A stretch of DNA of 36,192 nt from Jimgerdemannia flammicorona (lineage: Eukaryota): positions 1 to 36,192 of the forward strand of contig RBNJ01000227.1 in the NCBI GenBank assembly GCA_003990765.1, written 5' to 3'. The notes under the pieces are model-generated. The model searched no databases and was not told where the DNA came from. It was given only the letters and a program-made list of their open reading frames with translations. Positions within the stretch are counted from its first letter, which is position 1. Each line of letters begins with the position of its first letter. Below are positions 1 to 10,132 of the stretch, one piece after another. The position numbers were made by a program, and so were the translations under genes.

Positions 1-341
1 CTGAAGATCTGATGGATCTTCTTTGCTGTCCTTGCCTCACATAGGTCCATGGGGGTGGCATCTTGTAGCTCTTGAGGGCTGGCCTGTGGGAACTCCCGGC
101 AGAGGAGGTTTCCTATTTCATACTCCTGCCACATTTGGAGGCATTCGGTGGCAATGGTGATCCTTGTTTCCATTTCATGGCGGTAGAGGATAAAGTGATA
201 AGGGTCTGCAGTACTCAGGTTGACGCTAGGAGTCCTTCTTGAGTGGGTCCTCATGGCTCTTCTGATGTCTTGGAACATCCTTTCCTTGACCGAGATATCT
301 TGATGATTCCTTGACCTTGAGGTTTGGCAGGCAGCAGGCAT
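1..341 (-). CDS. LTR-encoded accessory protein ORF-X (family A), N-terminal 113 codons, open to the window edge
   Basis: ATG at 341, MPAACQTSRSRNHQDISVKERMFQDIRRAM...NLSTADPYHFILYRHEMETRITIATECLQMWQEYEIGNLL...EARTAKKIHQIF with no stop. Absent from the ORF track because the stop lies outside the window. Aligns to 26993-27823. Confidence 0.8.
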   Translation of the reverse strand, partial: MPAACQTSRSRNHQDISVKERMFQDIRRAMRTHSRRTPSVNLSTADPYHFILYRHEMETRITIATECLQMWQEYEIGNLLCREFPQASPQELQDATPMDLCEARTAKKIHQIF

Positions 342-421
342 TTTATTTGTGGTAAGTCTTTGAGCTATTTTGGGATTGGGGGTTCTTGTTGGTTGCTACT
401 ACTGTGGTTCCTTGATCCTTC

Positions 422-465
422 TTTTATATTCTTCAGGATGCTTGTGCTGTGGTCACAATGACTCA
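422..465 (-). promoter_or_regulatory. Putative ORF-X promoter: TATAAAA (428-422) and AP-1/Gcn4-like TGAGTCA (465-459)
   Basis: Motifs lie ~80-120 nt upstream of the ORF-X ATG and recur in the copy near 15961-16005. Function is inferred. Confidence 0.45.
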
Positions 466-583
466 CAGTTGGTCATCGTTGCTCATCTCATATGCCGTAT
501 GATCTTCTTGTACTCTGATCTGGTGGCTTGTAAAGAAAGGCTGTCTCCTGTACTGATGTCATCATTCTGGAGTCACCGTTACA

Positions 584-2750
584 CTATATTAGAGTAGATT
601 TTCTGAATCTTGATCTTGATTTCTTCTTCATTATTGCTATCTTCTAGAAGGGCTAGTGGTTTATCATCTTCTTCCTCCTCCTTTTCTTGTCTTATCTGTT
701 TCTTGAGAGCCTTCTGTCTTCTTTTATAATAGATTTTCTTGATTCTACTAATATACTGATAGTAATCATCAATATGTTTTATATAATACATCTTGATTCC
801 ATAAGGATAGACTCCTTGTAGTATATATTTTTCAATGATCCTTTTGTACTATTCTTCTTTACTGATTCATCCAACTTTCTTCTTCTTTTTCTGAGTAGTT
901 ACCATATAGGCTTCTTCTTGCTTCCTTTCTTCTTTCTCTATCTCAGACAGTACTCCTTTATTAGCATTAATAGGAATTTACATCTTCTGATCTTGGTAGA
1001 TAATCTGTATCTTCTGGACATTGAGGTCAATTATTGCTCTAGCTTTATGAAGTCACTGATTACTGATGAGGATGTTATAGTTAGTAGTATTAGTTATAAT
1101 TATATCTACTGAGATAGTTGCTCCTCTAAACTTGATAGGAATATCTCAGATCTTTCTCAGAGATATGACTCTTATACTATCTGCTATAATGAATATTAAT
1201 TTGATTGCTTCTTCAATCTCTCAACCTAGGCAGTCTACTACTTTCTTGCTGAAGAGACATCCTTCTGCTCTAATATCAATAATGGCTTTGAAGATTCTAT
1301 CTTCAATTTGATAGATTGTATAGGTAGAGATCTTATAATTGTCTTTACTTTCTTCTCCCAAGTCTTCTTAAACATTGTTGGCCTTGATTATCTTTTATCC
1401 TTATTTCTTAGTTATCTCAGTAAGTTTATATCTCATTTGCTATCTGAATGTAAGTATTTCTACCAGCTGGTCAAAGATTATATTGAACTTTTGTTAGCTG
1501 AGATCCTTGAAGATATCATACTTGAAGGTCTTGGTTTTGTATAGTTTCTTCTTCTTTTCTCCTTTACTGACTAGAGCAGTTTCTTAGATAATATCTTGGA
1601 CAGCCTGTTCCAACTCTATATCTTAATCTATTTTTTTCAGCTTGGCTTTCTGTAGTACTCTCTATCTATTTCTCCACTGGGTTCTTCTTAGGTCTCTCTG
1701 ATAGTCTCTTATAGGGTTTCTTTTGAATATCTTTCTTAGTAGTCTATACAGAATAGGTCTCTCATTCTTCTTCATCTGATTCTCTAATTTCTTCAAAAGT
1801 AATAATATTGGTCTATTTCTTGTTCTTTATAATATTACTTGGCTGAGCTTTATACTTGATCTTACTTATATATTTATATAAGTAGTGGTCTTCTTCTCTA
1901 CAAATATAGCAGGTATCTTTCTTCTTGTCTAAGATGGCAGTAAACTTCTAAACTGAGTGATGGTCTCTTTCTCTGATCACTTTTACTATATCTCCCAGGT
2001 GAGTAGTCATTTCAGTAAACTTTTTAACAAGTTTCTCCATAGGGTTGCTATTACTCTATTGCTTAGTAGCTCTGGCTAAGGTATGTTTCAATTGATCACT
2101 ATAAATAGGAATTATACTAGTTGCCTTAGGTACTTTGATTCTGACTCCAGTGACTCTTTCTATTATATAGTCTTGTGAATATCTGGCTATTCAATATTGC
2201 TGGACATAGATGATCTTTTGTACTAGATCTAGCATTACTAATAATGAGCAGATAGCCATGGCTATCTCTGGGTAAACCCCTTTTATGAAGATTGCTTTGG
2301 CTACTTGATCTCAGATAGTATTAGTATAATTAGTAAGAATTATCTGATATGATATTCTAGTGTAGAATGTGTTTGAATCCTTACTCATTCTTTGATATAT
2401 TATATTGAGCTGATTCTTCAGAGCTTACTTAATCTCATCTATATAATAGATAGTTTAGAGTCAGGTCTTCTATATTGTTAGTATAGCATTATCATCATTT
2501 CCTACATAGGTTATAGCTGTAAATACTGCTCTTGCTGGTCCTCAGAGACTGAAGGGCATCAGAGCTACTTACTGTCTTACTGTCACAGTCCTTATAGCAG
2601 CATTCTGCTCAAAATTATCAATGAAGGTAATGATTGATTCATCTGAGGTACATATATCTGTAGAATACTAGTAATCTCATATCTATCTTATCTAGATATC
2701 TTGATTCAATTTGTATAATTGTTGAGGTAGTAGTAGTTATTCATTATTTA
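584..2750 (-). pseudogene. Relic Ty3/Gypsy element D: gag (CCHC) - aspartic protease - CxHG zinc-finger-like module - first residues of dUTPase
   Basis: Decayed gag (TFIDNFEQNAA...SL*GPARAVF near 2520-2640), knuckle CYICREEDHYLYKY near 1875-1912, protease AIIDIRAEG (DTG decayed) near 1260-1290 similar to the element A protease, *YKRIIEKYILQGVYPYGIKMYYIKHIDDYYQY near 755-850, then IKIQKIYSN cut at 584. Right boundary approximate. Confidence 0.8.
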
Positions 2751-3239
2751 ACTTGAAAGTGAGAAATTCATCTTAAATCATCAGTCAATAGGCACTAAGT
2801 TATAATATAGCATATATATAACTATATACATAAGTATATCAGATTTCTGTATCTTGAAAACTTAATCTTCTTTGACTCTGCAGAGTCCTCGGGATGTAGA
2901 AGTGGGTGAGTTCAAAGTATATCTGTCTATAGGCTTACTAGTTCTCTTACTTTCTCTTTGCTTTGAACTACATATTTTGATCTGAGGTTTATTTACTCTA
3001 GATATTAGGATATTTATACAAGTTTGCTAGCTATATGTTGGCTGAGTTATAAGTCACTTTTTGTAAATATTATATTTCTTTAGTATCTGCAGAATCTTTT
3101 GTATTTGCCAAAGTTTCTACAATTGTAAAATATGACTGCTATTTATAAGGCTATACTATATTTAGGAATCAGATTCAGATACTATAATTAAATATCTATT
3201 CTCCTGATTTATATTTCTAATTCAAATTAACTATTATAA

Positions 3240-4110
3240 TATATTAAGATATAATATATATATTTTTAATAAAAGTAATACCAATCAGTACAAGTTTAAG
3301 CTAAAGGCTAGCAAGTATGTGTTTTTTAGATATTCTGATAAGGTATATTAATTTGAGATCAATGTAAATATAATAGTAATCTTATATAATATGCAGTTTA
3401 ATAAAAAAGAAAATCAGGAATCTCATATAGATATATCTATCAGAATCTCTATTTCAATATCTATATCTCAGTTAGTACAAATACAATATCTACCATTAAT
3501 CTCTCTGATTAAATAAAATTATTTTCAACTATTATATATATCTGAGCCAAAGTTATCTGAGCTAAAGATAATAGAGATTAAAGATAATAAGACTGATAAT
3601 AATGAAGAATTCATCAAGAGATAGGAAAAGCCAAAGTGTAAGCTCAGAAATGAGACTTATTTCAATTTAGAAAATTATTAAGATATGTTAGAAAATCTTA
3701 GATAGTAATATAAAACTATATAAGCTATGCTGAGATATATAAATATATATTTATTATAACTTCTAACAAGCCAAATATATATGATAAAGTAATAATATTC
3801 TCTAATAGTAATAAATAGTAAAGTATAATAAATAAAAGTATAATTCACTTATTAAGAATAATATATAGAATCTGATATCTCTTCTAACCAATTGATAAGC
3901 TATAGAATTACATTAGATCTATAAAATTAAGTATAAGAGCAATAGAAGTATATATAGAATATTATAAAGTCATTTTGTTACTAAGAGTTATTTATAAAAT
4001 TATAATATAGATTATGATAAGATATTTTTACTAATATTCAAGTTTACTTTATTAAGAATACTTCTTATAATTAATACTATATATAATTTGAAAATCTATC
4101 AGATACATAA
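3240..4110 (+). pseudogene. Highly mutated Ty1/Copia pol fragment (integrase C-terminal SH3-like region plus RT N-terminus)
   Basis: KFKLKASKYVFFRYSDK (KL.PKA.KC.F.GY consensus); YNSLIKNNI*NLISL, *IYKIKYK, FVTKSYL*NYNIDYDKIF, LKIYQI (VAKGY.Q..GIDY.ETF ... QMD consensus after G->A/C->T reversion). Integrase before RT is the Copia order. Confidence 0.75.
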
Positions 4111-4466
4111 AATATAATGACTGCTCATAAGGTTTTAGTCTGCAAATTATAACAGTATATCTTATAACCAGCAGATAATCTATCTGGACTATTTTCTAAG
4201 AGATATAGTATCAGTAACTACTTATCTATGAGACTTTCAAAGCCAGAGAAGTTTGAATCATCAACTGATTGGTCAAGATCAGAATTAAGCCCTTGCTCTA
4301 TATGAAGAGAGCAACTCTTCACTATTATACCAAAATATATATGGAAGATATCAGCTCATAAATACTACTTTTCAACCCTCTGTCAGAAGTTATAAGATTA
4401 GCAAATTTTTCAGACTAGACTAATGAATAAGAATATTCAAGAGAAGATTCTTATTCAGGAGAAAGA

Positions 4467-6032
4467 TGTAATGGTAATCTCAGAATAGTGATATTATCAT
4501 AGAAGACAGCCTTTCCTTATAAGTCACTAGATCAGAGCATAAGAAGATTATATAGTATAACTCACCCAGGCTACAAGATGAGCAATGATGACCAACTATG
4601 AGTCATCATGACTATAAGATAGATATCTCAAAGAATATTAAAGAAGAACTAAGGAACTACAGTAGTAGCAACTCAAACAAGACTTACAAAATCTCAAAAT
4701 AGCTCAAGACTTACTATAAATGAAATGTCTGCTGTCTGCTAAACCTCAAGGTCTAGGAACTATCAAGGATTCTCAGTCTAAGAAAGAATATTCCAAGATA
4801 TCAAAAGAGCCATGAGGATCTATATATATAAGAAAGACTTCTAGCCTCAACCTGAATACTGGTGACCCTTATCACTTTATCCTCTACTGTTATGAAATAG
4901 AAATAAGGATCATTATCACTACCAAATACCTTTGGATATAGTAGGAGTATAAAATAAAAAACCTCCTCTGCTGGGAATTCCCTCAGGCTAGTCTCCAAGA
5001 GATATAAGATGTCATCTTTATAAATAGGATAGCCAAGAAGATTTATCAGATCTTTAGGCATACACTATGGTTGATCCCCAACTTGGAGTATATTAGAGTC
5101 TCAGATTTTAAGGAATTGTCAGCCTACCACACAAATATAATAGAAGCCATAGTGGTCACATAAGCCCAATCCACTATTACTCTTAATAGTAATGGTTCCA
5201 GCATCTCATTCTTCAGAACAATCCAGATCAATTTCTGCAAAGACTGACCTCAGTATTTCAAGACCCCAGTATTCAGGTTAGACCTCTCTAAGATCCCACA
5301 TTTATTCTATATTTTGTAGAAGAGAATATTATAGATTAGAGAGCCCCTGATCTCCTTACTCCTGCTGCTGAACATAATGATGTCATCCACAATGATATTA
5401 TCAGCAATGATATCATCCTGCTAATTAGTGATATGAACAAAGTATATAAAATGTGCAATATATATAAAATGGATGAAACATTCATAGATCTCATCTCCTT
5501 CAAAGACATCCTGTTTCTGATCTCTAACTTTGATGATAGTAATAAAGATGAAGTCTCTAGAGTTCTGAACATTCTGTTCTAAGTTTCTTATATAACTATT
5601 TATCTGAACACTGAAATCTTCTGGCATCTTTTTCTTATATAACTGAAATCTACTGGCATCTTGAACTTATGCAACCATTTGTACAGACACTTGAATTTGT
5701 ACTTATAACTGAAGTTTTCTATATTCCAGTATTTATTTAGTTATTAGAATTTATATTTAGCTTTATATCTTAGCAACTATTGAATTATATTTTATATAAA
5801 TACCTCTCTTATTTTTTTGGAAATAAAGTCAGTCTCCTCAGTTCATACTTAATTCCATATAAACAATTTAAGAGATAACAAGACAGTTTAAAGATAAGAA
5901 GTTTGAGAACTATAAGATCTTAGGAAGATACTCTAATAAGAACTTACTTATAACAAACTTGTAGTTAGTCTAACAGATATACCTTAAAGAGAATCTGACA
6001 TACTTAAAGAACTCAGTATCTATTATATAATA
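4467..6032 (+). repeat. Family-A LTR (~1.57 kb)
   Basis: Starts TGTAAT after the PPT. End matches the reverse complement of 8638-8700 (terminal TGACA decayed to TAATA). TATAAATA near 5795 and AATAAA near 5822. Confidence 0.8.
4725..5582 (+). pseudogene. ORF-X copy inside the family-A LTR (decayed)
   Basis: ATG at 4725 (MSAVC*TSRS...), contains IPNLEYIRVSDF, QNNPDQFLQ and FIDLISFKDIL; ends TAA 5580-5582; several stops. Confidence 0.75.
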
Positions 6033-6107
6033 GTATAATTATTTTGTAGTTATTACTTAGTTATATTATATTTCTACTTATATTGTATATTATTTTATTA
6101 ATAGAAG

Positions 6108-6683
6108 TAGTACTCTGAATGAGCTGATCTAGATCAGATTCAAATCCCATTCAAATTGATTTGAATCAACTATTGTTTTGATTTCCAAATTAGACAATTA
6201 AATGTTTACATCAATAACTCAATAAATAATCATCTAATTTTGATGATCTTGATATCATTTAAAAGCTCTTAATAAGGCCTTTCTAATGATATCAAAAATA
6301 CTGAAATTAGATCATATATTGCTGAGTTATCAAGGAAAATATCTGACTTACCAATTTTGGAAATTATTCAACTTGTCAATTTTGGAAATTTCTTCAAAAG
6401 AATGTTTTCATTAATAGCTTAGTAATATATAATCTGATTTTAATGCTATTGGTATCATTAGAAAGACACTATTAAGGGCTTTCAAATAATACTAAGATTA
6501 TTAAAATTGGATGATTATTTATTAAGTTATTAATATATATAAACATTTAATTATCTAATTTGAAAATCAAAACAATGATTGATTTGAATCAATTCAGATA
6601 GAATTCAAATCCCATCTGAGATAGAATTCAATCCAAATCTAATCTAAATCTATCTGGATTAAATTGACTCATTTGATATACTA
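6108..6683. mobile_element. Non-autonomous hAT-like MITE with an internal ~190-bp inverted repeat
   Basis: 8-bp TSD AATAGAAG (6100-6107 and 6684-6691); imperfect TIRs TAGTACTCTGAATGAG.../...CTCATTTGATATACTA; arms ~6154-6342 and ~6402-6594 are reverse complements. An 8-bp TSD with TAG ends is typical of hAT. Confidence 0.8.
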
Positions 6684-6741
6684 AATAGAAGTATTAAAAT
6701 TCTCATTATTATATCTCAATAATATAGCTTATTCTGTAATA

Positions 6742-6910
6742 TAATACAGCCAAATTTGACTGTAAAAAAAAAAAAATTAAATTTTTAAAAATTTTTTTAA
6801 CTTGATAAAAAAAGTTAGAAAAGTTGAAATTTTTTGATTTTTTGATTTTCTTTTGATTTTTATAATATTTTTATAATAGTTTTTTTTTATAGCCAAATTT
6901 GACTATATTG
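6742..6910. mobile_element. Small MITE, probably Tc1/mariner type (TA target)
   Basis: ~30-bp TIRs (TAATACAGCCAAATTTGACTGTAAAAAAAA / TTTTTTTTATAGCCAAATTTGACTATATTG) flanked by TA on both sides. Confidence 0.65.
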
Positions 6911-9042
6911 TAGAGTAAGAGATATAACTATATCATCTTTAAGTTATATTACTTAATGTATAAATATATAATATCTGGAATAATAAATAACTATCTCTCT
7001 TCTCCTCTATTCTATATTTCTAACTAATATATAATAAGATCTGATATCTATAATAGTTAATATAGAGAACTACATATCTACTAATACTTAAATCTTTCAA
7101 TTAGAGTAATATTATAAATCTATACTTATAATATAGTAGTTATAGCTATATATAAGAGTAGAAGACTTATAGACTATATTCATAATTATAACTCTTATAA
7201 ATAAAGAGATATATTAAGAAAATAGTACTAAAGATAATAAAAAGGCCTTCTATAGCTTCTATAGATATAGTGGTAATAAATAAGATTAAAGTCAGTATGA
7301 CTAATCAAATTAAAATTAATAAAGATAAATCTAAACTCAAAATTAAATAATAGTAACTAATTAGTCAAGTTTGATAGTTATAATAAATATTACAATAAGT
7401 ATAAATATAGGAAATACATACTATTGTTATTATAGAGAGAATAATAAGAAGAGTAGTAGTAAAAATAGAGTAAGATAAAGGAAAGTATAATATAAATACT
7501 ACTAAAACTAATAAAAGTAGTAATCTATTTTTATATAAGCTACTAGTTCTACTATCAGGTCTACTATTAGCTTCTTTATATATATAAAATCCAATTAATA
7601 GGATTATAATTTTTAACTAACAAAAAGTCTTATTAGCATTAGTTCTATTGCTAACTATATATTTAGTTATATACCTACTAAATACAGTACTAATATAGTT
7701 AATAACAATGATATCTAGCTTATAAATTCTAGTACTATATAATATATAATAGTCTATAGAGAGTAGTTTTCTATATATGAGTCTTTTAAGTATCTGGTAC
7801 TAATTAAACTAAGTAATAATAATATTATATATACTCATGATAAAGAGAATATAGAAATATATCTCTATAGTAATATTATCAAGTCTACTATTATTCTCAT
7901 AGATACTGTATACTCTAGAGATAGAAAAGAACCTCTTTTCTATTAGTAAGATGATAGCTTATAGTAATAAGAAGATATCCCTTTATCTGTTTTATATTTA
8001 TATTTAGAGATAAGATTTTAAAATTTTATAACTTTTAAAATTATAATAGCTTTTAAAAAAAATTTTACCAATAATTTTTTATATAATAATTCTATCTTTG
8101 ATAAAAATTTTATAAAAAAAAATTATTTTTTTTTAAACAAATTGAGATATATTTTTTAATAGAAAAACAATATTTCAAAAAATTGTTTTTTTCAAAATTT
8201 AATTTGTCTACTAATTGATTTTAAAAGATGATCTTATCTATAGTCAAAGAGATATATATCTGGAAGATACTATTATATATAGTCTATATGGTAATAATTA
8301 TAACAAGAAGTTGATAATAGTCTCAAAATAAGATATTTTTATATAATCAATAGTATACTAAATAGAGTAAAGTCTCTGTATATATAATAACTATACCCAA
8401 TATATTTAATATATATATAATATTAGTATTTGGAGTATATAGGATGATCAGAAGTAGCTTAGTAAGTGAATTACTGATAGTATATCTATATGATAGTTTT
8501 TATAAAAAATAAAACATCTTAGCACTCATTTGAAGAATAATTAAAGTATATTTCCAGTATTCTAGATCTTATCCATATTGATATATATAGGCTAATGTAT
8601 ACTCTATTATACTCTGGTAAGAGATATTTTCTTATATTGTCACATAGTAATTGCTGAGTCCTTTAAATATACCAGATTCTCTTCAAGATATATCTCTTAG
8701 ACTAACTCAAGTTTGTTATAAGCAAGTTCTTATTGGAGTACCTTCCCAAGATCTTATAGTCCTCAAACTTCTTATCTTTAAACTATCTTGTTATCTCTTA
8801 GATTACTTGCAAGAGATTATATATAAGTAAACTGGAACTAACTTTATTTTAGAGGAAATAAGAGGAGTATTTATATAAAATATAATTCAATGATTGCTAA
8901 GATATAAAGCTAAATATAAATTCTAATAACTAAAATAAAATACCAAGATATGGAAAACTATTAAGTTTCAGTATTAGCACTAATGGTTGCACAGATTCAG
9001 GATACTGATATAATTTCAGTAGTATAGGAAAATAGTGCTGGA

Positions 9043-9122
9043 ATAATTCAGTATCACATCAGAATACTAGTGTTGGCATAATTTGGTGTCACATCAGAAT
9101 ACTGGTGCTAGCATAATTTGGT
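9043..9122. repeat. 35-bp tandem repeat (~2.3 copies) in the LTR downstream of the ORF-X stop
   Basis: ATAATTCAGTATCACATCAGAATACTAGTGTTGGC / ATAATTTGGTGTCACATCAGAATACTGGTGCTAGC / ATAATTTGGT. Confidence 0.8.
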
Positions 9123-9135
9123 ATTACTAAGGGAC

Positions 9136-9988
9136 TTAGAGCAGAATATTCAAGACTATAGGGGCTTCATTTTCATCAGAGGTCAGGATATCTTTGAAGA
9201 AGATAAGGTCTGTGAATGTTTTATCCATCTTATTATCATTGAGTAGGTTGCATATTTTACATATATCACATAGTTCACTTATGTCATGCAGGATGACATC
9301 ATTATCAATGACATCATCATATTCAGCAGTAGCAGGAATAAGAAGGTCTGGGGCTCTCCAGTCTATAAGGTTCTCTTCCACAAAATAGGGAACAAATGTG
9401 GGATCTTGGGGAGGTCTAACCTGGATGCTTGGGCCTTGGAATACTGAGATCAATTCTTGCAGAAATTGGTCTGGATTGTCCTAGAGGATGGGATACCAGA
9501 AGTTTTCTACTTCATCACTATTGAGAGTGATAGTGGACTGGACTTCTGTAGCCACTCTGGCTTCTAGTACATTGATATAGTGAACTGATAGGTCTCTGAA
9601 GTCTGAGACTCTAACATACTCCAAGTTGGGGATTGACTATGGTACATACCTGAAGATCTGATGAATCTTCTTAGCTGTTCTTATTTCATATATCCATGGG
9701 AGTGGTATCTTGTAACTCTTAAGGGCTGGCCTGTGGGAACTCCCAGCAGAGGAGGTTTCCTATTTCATACTCCTGCTATATTTAGAGGCATTTAGTAGCA
9801 ATAGTGGTCCTTGTTTCCATTTTACAGCAGTAGAGAATAAAGTAATAAGGATCTACAGTACTCAGGTTAATACTAGGAGTCCTTCTTGTGTGGATCCTCA
9901 TGGCTCTTCTGATGTCTTAAAATATCCTTTCTTTGACTGAGGTGCCTTGGTGGTTTCTTGACCTTGAGGTTTGGCAAGCAGCAGACAT
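9136..9988 (-). pseudogene. ORF-X copy inside the 3' LTR of element A (~284 aa ancestral; stops and a 2-nt deletion)
   Basis: ATG at 9988; QIFRYVP*SIPNLEYVRVSDFRDLSVHYINVLEARVATEVQSTITLN...FWYPIL*DNPDQFLQELISVFQGPSIQ; the C-terminal part is track ORF 9136..9453. Confidence 0.8.
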
Positions 9989-10132
9989 TTTATTTATAGT
10001 AAATCTTTGAGCTATTTTGGGATTAGTGAGTCTTATTGAGTTGCTGCTACTATAGTTTTTTTTTTTTTTTATAGTCACTTAGACTCCACCTTTATTACCA
10101 GTCTATGAATAAATATACATTATTTCTACCCA

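Larger units (their letters stand above)
1..583 (-). mobile_element. LTR of Ty3/Gypsy family A (5' part; runs off the left edge), inserted into element D
   Basis: Minus strand starts TGTAACGGTGAC at 583. Colinear with 9650-10058 + 15950-16122 and with the reverse complement of 4467-5060. No PPT precedes it, so it is a 5' LTR or a solo LTR. Confidence 0.9.
4115..6032 (+). mobile_element. 3' fragment of a family-A element (post-integrase region, PPT and 3' LTR)
   Basis: 4115-4466 matches the reverse complement of 16123-16470; PPT AGGAGAAAGA is followed by TGTA at 4467. Confidence 0.85.

Noticed and set aside
370..597. Cys-rich hydrophobic plus-strand ORF, repeated at 15930-16172
   Set aside because: Antisense to the LTR start; TTG start; recurrence is explained by the LTR repeat, and each copy runs across an element boundary.
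3105..3135. Possible LTR end and PBS of element D (minus strand ...TTTTACA ATTGTAGAAAC)
   Set aside because: Too decayed and no second copy to confirm.
7980..8250. Possible third MITE (AGATAAGAT/ATCTTATCT inverted pair around A/T tracts) and hairpin at 7921-7943
   Set aside because: Matches are too short for such AT-rich DNA and no TSD could be defined.
9043..9122. CRISPR-like periodicity (35-bp units; also 31-bp units at 20040-20120 and 29532-29590)
   Set aside because: Plain tandem repeats without unique spacers, in eukaryotic LTRs, with no cas genes.
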